Positions 34,493-46,473 of a stretch of 64,000 bases of DNA are shown here, piece after piece. The position numbers were made by a program, and so were the translations under genes. Below the pieces are notes generated by a model. It ran no database searches and was not told the DNA's origin. It worked only from the letters and a program-made list of their open reading frames with translations. This DNA is from a virus (lineage: Duplodnaviria; Caudoviricetes), in IMG/VR virus record IMGVR_UViG_3300021400_001324, positions 1 through 64,000 of that record; one strand, 5' to 3'. How positions within the stretch are numbered: the first letter of the stretch is position 1; the number at the start of each line of letters is the position of its first letter.

Positions 34493-34798
34493 TTAGTCTA
34501 CTTGTTCATAACCATCCATTTTCAGATTATTATAAATTGATGTTATACTCCACCCAGTTTGTCTATTTATATAATGGTGAAGTACAACTTTATCTTCATC
34601 ATAATTAACCTCAGAAGCTTTTCCATTCATTTCTTTACATAAATCTTGTAAAGTTGCATTAGGCATTTCTTTTATTATCTTGAAATCTCCAGAAGTCTTC
34701 TTTGCTTTCTTCTGGAGATTCATACAGTAATTCATTTTACCATTTAATTCATAAATTCCAGGACAAGCTGGAATATCATTAACATTATTCATAAACAT
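34493..34798 (-). CDS. Hypothetical protein (start moved to 34798)
   Basis: MFMNNVNDIPACPGIYELNGK...; the ORF-track N-terminus to 34870 overlaps the tRNA 3' exon and is spurious. Confidence 0.55.
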   Translation of the reverse strand: MFMNNVNDIPACPGIYELNGKMNYCMNLQKKAKKTSGDFKIIKEMPNATLQDLCKEMNGKASEVNYDEDKVVLHHYINRQTGWSITSIYNNLKMDGYEQVD

Positions 34799-34809
34799 AT
34801 AAAAATTAG

Positions 34810-35104
34810 TCCTCCTCCTAGGATTCGAACCTAGTCTGTCGGTTTTCGTACTACACTTGCTTTTATACAAGCCAACTAACGTGAGTTGTTGTAGTCTGGA
34901 CTATTTCTTTATCCACATGGGATATTCCCTATATAGTCTCTACGCCATTTATCACAATCGTGAATTTAGTAAGCCGTCGCCAAAACTAAAGTCGCCTTTA
35001 GTGAGGTTTCCGTTTGTTAGGGGAATTATTCGATATACATTGCTGTATAAAGCTCCATTTTACCTTTAAGAGACCGTCTTGCTAACCAATTACAACAGAG
35101 GAGA
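34810..35104 (-). tRNA. Amber-suppressor tRNA(CUA), split by a group I intron (exons 35104-35069 and 34846-34810)
   Basis: Spliced cloverleaf: TCTCCTC TG TTGT AATTGGTTA GCAA G ACGGT CT-CTA-AA ACCGA CAGA CTAGG TTCGAAT CCTAG GAGGAGG A; no encoded CCA. Confidence 0.88.
34847..35068 (-). ncRNA. Group I intron, 222 nt, between anticodon U35 and A36
   Basis: IGS GGAG pairs with exon CTCT with a U.G at the splice site; P3 ATTCCCCTA/TAGGGAAT; P7 GAGACTA/TAGTCC; AAAGAAATAGTCCAGACTACAAC; P9 closure ACTACA/TGTAGT; terminal G at 34847. Confidence 0.88.
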
Positions 35105-35147
35105 GAATAAACCTCTTATTTAACCTTAAGAGGTTCTTTATTATCTA

Positions 35148-35504
35148 TTACTCACCAATTGTCATTCTTAACAATTTCATAAGTGATCTTTCATCTAGTT
35201 CATTTAATACTTTCATTATTTCTTCAAGCTTCTTCATATCGGGACGCTGAGAAAGATAATCCTCCAACGTATGAATAGCTTCTTCAAGAAGTTCTCTATC
35301 TTCTAGAATAGCATCATTACTCATAGTTGAAATTTTTGCAAATACAGGATGTTCTTTATATAAATCAAGTATTTCATCATCTTCTACCAAGTCTAAAAGA
35401 CCTGATGCGTACTCATACATTGCAACTGCAATATTATGATTGTACTTTTTCTGTAGTTCTATTATTTCATTTCTCATATAACAAATATAATACATTTTTT
35501 GCAA
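35148..35504 (-). CDS. Hypothetical protein directly upstream of the suppressor tRNA
   Basis: Intact, TAG-free; true start may be ATG at 35495 or 35477. Confidence 0.6.
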   Translation of the reverse strand: MQKMYYICYMRNEIIELQKKYNHNIAVAMYEYASGLLDLVEDDEILDLYKEHPVFAKISTMSNDAILEDRELLEEAIHTLEDYLSQRPDMKKLEEIMKVLNELDERSLMKLLRMTIGE

Positions 35505-35521
35505 TAAAACAACAAATATTG

Positions 35522-35529
35522 CAAATTTA
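35522..35529 (-). promoter_or_regulatory. Bacteroidota sigma -7 promoter element
   Basis: TAAATTTG matches the TAnnTTTG consensus; no clear -33 TTTG seen. Confidence 0.4.
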
Positions 35530-35565
35530 ACGTTTGTTAATAGTTCTTTTTAATAAACTCGTAGA

Positions 35566-37845
35566 TTAATTAATGAGACCTAATACTTTAGCAAAATAGT
35601 TAGCATATCTTCGTCTTATAGGAGATCCTTGACCTCCACTTCTTTCATAATGTTTCTCCCAAGCATCAGTGATAGCATCTATGTTTCTAAGATTTCTAGT
35701 AGCTTTATTAAAACCAGCAAATCTCTTAAAAAATTCTCTTTGCCATGGTATTTTATTACTGTCTTGTAATTTTCCCATTAAACCGTCTACTAAAAATCTC
35801 ATTTGATGCGCTTTACTATAGCCTCCGTAATTTTTAATAATCCAATTTTTAGCATCTGTTTGGTTTTGAGTCAATCCGTGATATTTACCATGATGGTTCG
35901 CATTAGGATCAAATGCACTTTCTAAAGCAATGTTTCCCAATACTCCAACGGCTACATAAGGATTTATACCTGCAGCAACTAATTCTCTATAATAAGGTTC
36001 TGCTTTTTTCCACATAGCTTCGTTTTCTACATCAACTCTAGATTTTCCACCTTTTGGTCCAACGTAAACTGTCTAATCTGGAAGTGTTAAAATTGGAACT
36101 CCTCCAAATTGGAATTTACGAGGGATTAATTTTCTGCCTTGTTTTGCATAAGAAATATCATTAAGCTTACGCTATGGTAAATTGTAAGCAACTTCATTTA
36201 ACATCTATATAAGTTTTTTTCTACTAATACGCCCTAATCTATCACGAACCTGACGACTCCAAGTGTAACTATCTAAATTATCATCTTCTTTAAACACTTT
36301 ATCTGGACTAATATTGTTATCTTTTCTAAACTAATTTAAAGCAGCATATAATTCACTAGGACTAGTATAATAAGTATCCCTATTATCTGAATTAGATTTT
36401 TCGTTATCGTCTAAATCTTCCATTATCTTTGCGATAGCTATTTCCTACGGACTAAGAGTCCCACTTCTTTTTAAAGCGTGTGTAAATTCATGAACATCTG
36501 TTGAATCATCTGTATACGGTAAATATACATAAGGGATTTGCGTTTCAAAATCTGGTTTTCTAATATAAACATGAGGAAAAGTATCAGTGGGATTAAGAGA
36601 ATCTTCTGGAACCTTTTTTGTATAAAGTTCTGTATTTGCAAGTCGATTTAATTGAGATTCTATAGTTTCATCACTTCCTGCAGCTAATTTGTTTTGTTCA
36701 AACTATTCTTTTCTTTGAGGTAACCACCAATGTAACCAGGTATTTTTCCCAACTAACGTAGGTTTTTCATTTAAAGAAGGTTGTATTGTTGTTTGTTTTT
36801 CTAGTTGTGGTGTTACAGTATTTTCGTTTACCTATGAATTATTATTTTGATTTCTATGATACAATCTATTTTGTGCTTCTCCTTTTAATAAATTAATTGT
36901 GTTAATTAAATCATCTTCTGGAATAGACTCATAAAATTTTTGAAATCTTTCATTATATTCTGGAGAAGTTGCAATATTTAAATCTATATTGTTTTGTTCT
37001 GCAAACCGTTCGTATAAATGCTATCCTAACAATCTAGTAATTTCAGCATTTAATTCTTCTTCGTTATTTAAGTTACCTCCAGATTGAAACTTGCGGGAAA
37101 TTAGTTTCCCGCCTTGTTTTTTGAGCGATTCATAATATTCAGCTCCTTTTGCAACTGCATTTTTATAAGCTGGCATTCTTTCTTTAGTTAAAGGTATGTA
37201 AGTAATAGTAGCATCTCTAAGTCCATCAGGTTCTTTTATAGTTTTAGCTCCAGGTACTTTTTTAGCTAATTGCTCTACAATAAAAGGAGTCATTATAGGT
37301 CTCCATGTAGAGTTAGATCCATCAAATTCATTTCCTAAAACATCATCTAAAAATCGATAAGTACTATCTGAGCAATTATTAAATAAAAAATTGTAATTAG
37401 AATCATGCATTTTTCTAGAAACTAAAAGATTTGGTCCGCGTACTTCAGAATGTGAACTGTAAGGATAAGATTCTCCAGCAAACGGATAAGTTATTACCTA
37501 AAGATGTGGTGTTCCATATTTAGTTATTGTAGGAAGATTTGCAATTTTTCCGTTTTCAAAATACTTATTAAATCGTTCATCAATTTGCTATTTTCTATAG
37601 TCCATATCTCTATTTATATACTGTAGTTCTATTGGATCATTTGAATGATATATAGATTCATTCCATTTCCAAGAATTGTATAACTCGTTAGGTACTGATC
37701 CGTTTCTATAAGGATCGTTATCATCTTGATTTATAAAATAATATCCTTTATACTTATCCGCGTAATCTCTTAAAGCTTCATTTGCTTCTTTTACAGTACG
37801 ATATTTTATAGGCATGTTAGGTTCTTTATATTTTTTAATCATCAC
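35566..37845 (-). CDS. Multidomain virion/ejection protein, 759 aa: permuted papain-like + HExxH zincin + tail lysozyme; many TAG
   Basis: YSSHSEV...YNFLFNNCSD; VHEFTHAL...SELYA; GVLGNIALESAFDP; four ORF-track fragments in one frame. Confidence 0.75.
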
Positions 37846-37878
37846 ATAGAGTTTACAAATTTTTATTAAATTATTAAT

Positions 37879-38841
37879 TTATTCATAAGGGCGTAATCGT
37901 CTTTTTGGCTCGTTTTTAGGTAGTGATGTTTTATATATAGCCCTATATAAACCTTGAGTGTCTTGACCATATTGGTTTTTCAATCTTGTATAATCTTCAG
38001 GATTAGTAGTTTCATAATTGCGAATATAATTATAAGCTTCCTCATTATTCCAATCTGTCCCAAATACATTATTTACATAATCAGATACCAAATCAGGATT
38101 AGTTTTATTCTATTCTCTTAAAACATCGATTAAGTTTTTATAGTCGTCAAATGTAACTCCATTATCTTCATTAAAAAATTCCGAATACAGAGGAGTATCA
38201 TTTATACTTAATTCCCCAGGTTTCTATATATCAGATGACATTCTCTTTCTGAAAACATCCAGATTATTATTGTTTATAGAATACTTATTTTGTTGGTCCC
38301 TAAACTTAGCGTTAGTACCAGCTATCGATGAAGCTAATATCGATGTAGGTAAATAATCATTCTACTTCATTCTCCCTTTTATATAGTCGCCTTTTTTATC
38401 ATCACCTTTTCCTAACCCTATATCTTTAGTAAAATAACGTGTTTGTTTATTTAAAGCCATTCGCATTGCAGTAATTGCATTTTGATTGTATCCAAATTCA
38501 GAATTATCTTTATCTGCTTCGTACATATTATAACGTGTATCTCCTCGTAAATCTTTAGGAGATGTGTATAAAGATGCGTATCTTTGTAGCTAATCCTACG
38601 CAAAATCATTTGTGATAGATGGCATTTGAGAATATTGCGTAACTGGTATTGGTTTCTAAACTTGTTCATTCTTCTGAGTGTTGTACACTTTTGCCCAATC
38701 TTCATCAGATTCGCCTTTCATTCGTGTTGTGTAACTTTTACCATTATAATCAAATATTTTTTTTCCTTCTTTTCTAGCATTTGCAAATGCTCTAGCAAAA
38801 GCGCTACTTCCTCTTCTAAATTTTGGTATTAATGTATTCAT
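37879..38841 (-). CDS. Virion/ejection protein, 320 aa, TAG read-through
   Basis: MNTLIPKFRRGSSAFARAFANARKEGKKIFDYNGKSYTTR...; in frame with fragment 37879..38091. Confidence 0.65.
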
Positions 38842-38842
38842 A

Positions 38843-40423
38843 TTATATTGTATAAAGTGGATTATTATAATCGTATCTGGATTGCTTTTCAGATTTTTTT
38901 ATCTTATTTTTCTATATCAGTTCTTTTTTTCTTGGTTTTGAAGAATATGTTTTAGAACTTTGATTATTTTTTTTCTTAAGAGTTTTAGTCTATTCGTTTT
39001 CTTGTCTGTTCACACCTGATTTTTCTAAACGCTGAGTTTTAATTTTATTTTTTATGGAATCGATTGTATTATTAAATATAGTAAATATATTTTTTTGAGA
39101 TGTACTGGAACTATTTGATTTACGAGTTGCAATACTGCTTTTATTTGTCATACGAGTAGACTAATTAGTTGTTGATAATGTATACCAAGAATGCTTTGGT
39201 TCCTCCTTTTTTAAGTACTGTGTGTAATCAAACTTATATTTATCATAAGGATTATAATGTATAGCGTGATCAAGTTTTTCATAATGCTGTTTCTTTTCTT
39301 TAAACAGCTATTTAATATAATTTATTTTAGCAGATATATTCTTATCTACTCTTTCTCGTTGCTCTCTTATTTTTGTTTCTTCAGGAGATAAAATATATAA
39401 TCCGTTTCCGGCAGATCCATTCAATCCCCTATATTGTATCCATGTATTTCTATCTATAAAACCACTATAAGTTCTTAATCCAGTACTATGTGATCCTAAA
39501 TCAAAATAATATATTTCACACGGTTTGCCTCCATGTCGTTGTCTCATATCTTGTATTATAGCATCAATCTAATTTGCAGAACCTAAAGCTACCCTAGCCT
39601 CATCATCAATTTTTACAATACATCCACCTCCTGTAGTATGTCCGTACTAGTCGTCTCTTTTGTTTTTATCTCCAGAGTCACCAATTAATAAACCTCCACT
39701 AGTATTGCCATCACTATCAATTAAAACTGGATGTCCCTTAGACCAAACTATTTTGTTGTTTGCATCTCTCTAAAATCCCAAAACGTTTTTCCGTGTAGGC
39801 ATATATGTAACTAAATCATTTGGTTGGAAGTTATCAAACTTAAGATTTCCGTATTTGTCTACTCCCATAAGTTTCCCACCGCCATACCAAGGTTTAGCTA
39901 TTGAATAAGGTCTAAATGGTTCAAACGTAGTTATAATCATACCTGGTGTCTTCACAGGCTTCCAACTGATATCTTCAGGATTTCCTTTATATTCAACACC
40001 ATCGTCTGTATACTATTTGATATTATTTCTTTTCGCATTATGTACTCCAAATCTAGTTTCCGACAAATTGACAGATCCCGGCAAAACATACTGATCTGGA
40101 CGATGTTCTAACTAAATAGTATCAGTAGAAAACCATGTTGCAGGATATTTAGTTTGTGTTGTGTCCTATTGCTAAGGTATATATGCTGTAGATATAGGTT
40201 CTTTATCTGCGGTATGTTGCTAATAGGTTCGTACACCTTTATTCCAGACTAATTGGAAAATATCTGTAAATTTTCCATTCCTCCACCATTCTTTAACATC
40301 ATCTGGAATCATATTTGAAATACCTTGATTTATTTCCCTAGGATTATATATTCCATAATTTGGATTAAATGTACCTCCATATATAGGGTCATAAATATTC
40401 TTATTTTTTATTAAATCATCCAT
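38843..40423 (-). CDS. Virion/ejection protein, about 526 aa, TAG read-through
   Basis: Fragments 40220..40423, 39770..39955 and 39308..39547 share a frame; TAA at 38843. Confidence 0.6.
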
Positions 40424-40454
40424 GTTAAATTTACTTTCTTTTTAAGTTTTCATA

Positions 40455-43400
40455 TTATTTATACTTTCTAGGTATTAATCTTCCGCCTTTTTGATTAGAT
40501 GTAGGTTGATTTAATTGAGATAAACCATAAGTTATACCAGTAAATATAGCTCCTTTTTTTAAAGCGCCTTTCCAAGAATTAACGTATTTTTGTGCCTACT
40601 CTAATGTTCCATTTCTCATTAAACGTACATAATCGTTTAAATAATGACTATCCATCGATAGCATTAAATTTTGCATATCTTGTATAGACATATTATCTAC
40701 AATTTGATCAAAATATTGCTTCTGTGTACGTGCAGCAGTTTCGAAATCAATTCCTTTTTCACGAGCAATTCTGGCATAAATTTTAGTAACCATTTCCCAA
40801 TTCATAGCTCTAGCATCTCTAGGATTCTAAGAATCCTTATCAACAATCTAATCTATTAATTTTCTATCATAAATATGATCTGGCTAACTTAATTTTCCAT
40901 ATAAAGAATTGCTATCTTTTGATAATACTTGTGTACTTTTAGCACGTGTTATCATATTCTAAACAATTCTATCTGTAGGATGTACTACACCTTCGTGAAT
41001 CTATGTATAAAAATATGGTTTATTTTTAATATGATTTATAACAATGTTAGATCCATTATAATCAGAGTAAAATCCTCCGATATGAGAAGTCTAATCTGAA
41101 TTTATAACAGCTGCTGTTTTATCCTATTTAATTAAATCAAACATTCTTGGATAACCCTAAATAGTAATGTGACTTCCTCTACTAGGTCCAAACCAAACTA
41201 AAGAAGTTTCATTTGGATTTGTACCAGGTTTCCAATTGAAATTTTTCCAGCGTTCCTACATTAAATTTATGATAACTTTAGTTCTTTCATGCATCGGTAA
41301 ATAACCTATTAACTAATACCTCGCATCAATTTGTTGTGGTTTTTCTAATAACTCTAATCCTGAATTAGAATATCTTTTATTCCAATTCTAAATGGCTGTA
41401 CTTAAATCTATTGTAGGGTATTCTGTATTAGACGATGACATATAAATATTTGGATCACTCCAATTTCTAGGTATTCTTAAATCATATGGGAGTATGTGTT
41501 TAGCATTTTTTGCATTAAAGTCGGGTAAAGCAAAATAATCATAATTTTCGTGTTCTTCTCCTCTCCAAAATGAATTTCTATCACTTTTAAGTAAACCTTG
41601 ATTCTGTCTTTCAGCTTCTCGTAATACTGCCTTATTCTAAGCCAATCTAACATCATGTAAGGAACTACCTATCCTATCTTCTTTAGGGATTAACCATGAA
41701 AAAGGAGGAGGTGTGCCTGGTTTTCCTCCTGTAACTACAACTTCGTTAGTTATATCTCTAACAGCAGGTGTTCTTACAATAAATGCGTTTAAATGATTAA
41801 CTTTTCCATCAACAAGATTATCGCTACTAATTTTACTTCCACTTATAACATTTCCATTTTGTTTAGCATAGCTCCAATATGGATAGGATACCTAATTATC
41901 TACAACAAGACCTTTCCCAGATAAATTATATAAATATCCATCTTTAAAACTAGGTGCTAAAGTGGAAAAATCTGCTACTTCTATACCAGAATGGTATGGA
42001 GCCATAATTTCTCCATTCTAGTTAGCTATGTATAAATATCTATCAGGACCCCAACCTTCTCCAATTCCAGTTCTATCTAAAAATAACGTGCCTAATATAT
42101 TATCTTCAGATCCTCCAGATTTGTGATGATTGGTTCTAAGTTGTGTATATGGTCTAGTATCGCCTCTAAATAATAACTAAGGTTCTCCCTATTCGTTTAC
42201 TGCTGCAGTATTTCCACCTAATTCTTTTATATGTTTATATAATGCTTGAGCAATTTCTTCATCAGTTATATCTGTATTTCCTACTAATCCATAACGTTCT
42301 CTCGCCTCTGGTACATATTTTCTTAGCTATTCTCCATTAATTGAACCTTCTGGAATAGGTTCTCCGCCATATTCTTTAAACATTCTAACTGCATCTTCTC
42401 CTTGTAAATGTGAGTCAAGAGGTTTCCATAAATCTCTAAATAATGGTGCTCCGCCCCTATCAGCTTCCATAGTAGCTAAGGTAAGCGGTTGATCACTAAA
42501 CTACATTCTAGCTACATCTTCTGACATCATATGTCTAGCAATAGCATTATATTGCGCATCGGTCATATCTGGGAACATCTATTTAAGATAGTCTGCTCCA
42601 ATTTCACCGTGACCTTCTCCTGCGAACATTTTACCGAAGTCGTGTCCTAACGCTGCAAACATCTAATCCTACTTTGTATATCCAGCAGGAGTAGGCATTT
42701 GCCAAGCTCTTTGTGCAACTTCCTTTGTATGTAAGAATGTATTAGGATCTGTCTTATGCCATTCTGGATTTTCTAATCTCTAAGACATTCTCCAACCCCC
42801 TTGTCTATCAGCTTCTGCATTAGCAATTTGTAAAGCCTTTTGTACGTTTATAGTTCCATCAGGATTAACTACTTCATTAATAGAATGTTTTGGGCCAGTA
42901 TATAAGAATCTAGTTTGTTCTGGTACAAAGTCAGCAGGCTTTAACTACTTTGATGGATTTGCTCGTACCTTCGCCCAAGGACTTATTGCTAATGTTTGAG
43001 GAGATTGTGCTTTTAATCCTGTAAGTTCGATCTATCCTTTTGGTTCTAAAGTTATACCATTTACTACAGATACAATAGGATAATTATAAGTTGGAACTAT
43101 TTGTCTATTTATATATCTACTTACTTGTCCTGGTGTAGGATTCCAATAATTTACTCCAGTTGCTTTCTAAAACTATAAAGCTAACTATTGTTCAGGAGTA
43201 AGAAAAGTGTTTGTTGATCCTAATTTAAATCCAGTGCCACCTCCAACTAACATACCTGCTAATCCTCCTGCTGCTTGCCAACGAGGATCATCTGTAAATA
43301 ATGAAACTGCTTTTGTTCCTAATTCATTTCCAGCATATCCTCCTAATATAGATGCCAATAGTGCAGGAAAGCCATACGATTGTAATACTGGACCAGAAAA

Positions 43401-43916
43401 TCCCATAGATAATCCAACAGAAGTATTTAAAGCATTGGTTGTATTTTGTTGTTCAATTGCATCTCTTCCTTCCTAAGTCAAATAGTTAGGAGTATAATTA
43501 AATCCATTTCCTGTATTCCAAAAGAATCCACCATTGTTTATATTATCTAAAGTTTTAGCTCTTGTTATAGCATTAGCATCTACAATTACTCCATTATTTT
43601 GAGTTGCAGCTTTAGCATTACGTACATCTGGATCAAGATCTGTCGCAGATTTTATTGCTTTCTAATCGATTAAGTTCTCAACTAAAGGTGATAATTTCTT
43701 ATTTGTTCTTTGTATTACTTTTCTTTTAGCTTTATCTGCATTTCTTTGTGCTAATTTTGTTTGAGCTGCTACTCTAACAGGTTTATTCTATTTCGGATCA
43801 GAAGCAACTCTTACTAAAGCTGCTTCCATTTCTTTATCAGCTTTTAATAAGAGTTGCTACTATATTGGAGCTGTCTATGTTATTTTACTTTGTTGTTTAT
43901 ATATTGGTTCTGGCAT
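40455..43916 (-). CDS. Polyvalent-type ejection protein, about 1153 aa: TM + HD domain + ART-like + zincin-like; many TAG
   Basis: FLHTKEV...FAALGHDFGK; VNE(TAG)GEP(TAG)LLFRGD; IHEGVVH; fragments 43185..43406 and 40596..40805 in frame (not every codon checked). Confidence 0.65.
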
Positions 43917-46473
43917 AATTATTATATTTTCTAGGAATTAGTTTTCCACCTTTTCGGTTAGATTGATTAAATTTAGATATACCATAACCTGCTGGAATAA
44001 TAGTCCATACGTTTTTTAACAAGTTATCTACAGATTCATCTGTGAAGTATTTTCTTAATTGTTTAATATTCCAACCATCTTTAAGGCCTTGAGATTTTGC
44101 AATATTACTTGCTATACCTCTTGCAGAATACTCCTAATTATCTTCCATGTATTTTAAAAAGTCTTGAATTTCTTTAAAACCAATTTCTCCGTCAGAAGTT
44201 TTAAAAACGTCTTCTGGAGCAATCTATTTTGCTAGTTCAAAATTTCCATCTTTTACGGCTTGATAAAAAGGTCGTAATTGAGGACGTAGTGCTTCATTAT
44301 GTTTATACATTTCTGTTAAAATACTTGACTATCGTTCTGGAATAGTTACATTACTTGCGCCTATATTTAAACTACTACCATGGCCTCCTAGTTCATGATA
44401 TACTGTGTGTTTTATAGATTCTGGGTCAATTAATTGTGCACGATTATTTAATTTTTGATTTAGTCTAATTAATGCTTGACCTCCGATATTTTGAGCATCA
44501 CCATAAGTGTAGTTTCCTAAGTTTCTAAATACTATAGGATGAGCGTGTTCCGCGTTTACGGCTCTAACAGCTGCTATCGCCCACGCCTATTCAGGAGTGG
44601 CTCCAGACTATATCAAATGATTATAATAATCATCAGAATCAAAATACTATACCACATCATCTCTAGCTTCTGTTGCCCACTTTCTTCTAAGACCTCTTGG
44701 GAAGGAAATATCAAATTCTCCCGTCTTAGGATTATAAGTATATTCTGGTTCACTGGATCCATTTTTAATTGTATTTTGCCTCTTTATAAAACTGTTTCTA
44801 GTAAACGTAGGAATTTCTCGCATTTCTGTTTTAACTCCATTTATAATATTACTTTTTGGTGGCAGTTTAACTGAAGGATAAACGTTATACCCTGCTAACA
44901 AACGTCTGATTTGAGTTAATCTATGTGGAGTTAATGCAGAACGTGGTATTTCATCACCATATCCTACAGTAGTAATATACTCTATTAGCTCTTCATCAGA
45001 TAATAATTTTCTACTTAATATGAAATCTCTTCTAGCTTCATCAGAAGCGTTGTTTAAATTATGTTCTTGCAAAATAACATCTCTAATATCACCTTTAAGT
45101 TGATTTCTTTCTATTTCTTGAACTTCTGGAAACGCTTCTTTTAACATTTTTCGGTATTCTTTAGATGTTCCAGTTATAGTCTAATCTACAAGATGATCTA
45201 CTTCGTGTCTTAACACTCTTCTATGATTTCTTCCTTGTAATCCTCCAGATATCTATATTCTACCGTATCGTCCAAATAATGGGCTATTGTCAAACACTCC
45301 ATACGAATACTTATCTACATTATCTGCATACCCTCTTTTAGAATCCCACTATCTGTATTTAATATTTTTTAAGATTTGATTAACTTTATCTATATCTTTT
45401 TGAGTTCTGTATGTAGTTCCTGCTAAGTTTTCATTTATCTAATCTATTACAATTCCAGGAATTTTATATTCTTTATAACCTTTTGGTTTTGGCATATTAG
45501 TATTTAAGGCACGATTCATATAATAAGGTAGAATATACGGTGCAATTTCAGATTTTATAGTATATGTCAATAAAGAAGGATCAATTCCGAGCATATTTCT
45601 AACATAATCGTTTACTGCAGTTTTAGTTGCATCGGATACTATAGAACTTTTTACAGTATTTGTTGCAGCTTGTTGTAAACCTTCTGCTGTAAGGTCGATT
45701 GCTTTACTTGTAGGTCCGGATATTAAATACCCTGGATTGGTAAAATTCCATAATGTTTTTTGCCATTCTGGTAAACTTCTCCAATTTTCTCCACCACCAG
45801 CATTATATATAAGATGCCCAAAATTATCATAACCTCCAAGTTGAGAAGCACCATTAAGTAATTCTCCACCTAAAGTTCCGTACATTAAAGCTTGACCAGT
45901 TGGAGTTGCTAATGCAGATGTTAACCAAGGAGCTAACGTTGCTCCTCCAATACCTGCTGCTGTAATAGCTAATGGTGCAACAACAAATGTTCCAGCTCCA
46001 GGAGTTAATTGGTTAGCTCTAGCATCCGCAGCTTTAACATCTGCTTCATGTTTCTCTTTACTTTGTTCATACTACCATTGTGCTTGCTCTTTAAATGTTT
46101 TATCTACATCTGCATTTTTAGCTATAGGAGCAGCAAGCTCTCTAGCATATCTATCTTCAAACGATTCTCCAGTGAGATGCCCTCTAGATTTGCCGTTTCC
46201 AAGTCCTTCTATTGTAATCTCAGGCATTCCCAATTCAAATGTAGGATTGCCATATTGTACAGCATAATCAGCGGCAGCGTTAGGATTATTACCTACAGTT
46301 ACTATGTTACCGTTTTCATCAGTCCAGACTTTATCCCCTGTTTGAACAGGAAGTCCTGTATTATAATCGTTGTATACAATATCTGTTTGTGGCATTGTTC
46401 TCCATTGATAGTTTCTTTTATAAGGCTATCTTTCAATTGGAGAAGATGCATTCTCATATTTTTTAATTCTCAT
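43897..46473 (-). CDS. Ejection protein, about 858 aa, two zincin-like motifs; TAG read-through
   Basis: HEVDH at about 45193-45207 and HELGGH at about 44380-44397; three ORF-track fragments share a frame. Confidence 0.65.

Noticed and set aside
34700-34809. Theta ribozyme directly downstream of the suppressor tRNA
   Set aside because: The sequence is AT-rich and leads straight into an ORF, with no double-pseudoknot pattern
35060-35104. tRNA-Lys(CUU) from the unspliced reading CT-CTT-AA
   Set aside because: The following bases cannot form the anticodon stem; the matching 3' half lies beyond a complete intron core
306-46473. Fragmented ORFs read as pseudogenes or sequencing errors
   Set aside because: All traced breaks are in-frame TAG with no frameshifts, and they fall in essential genes; recoding explains them
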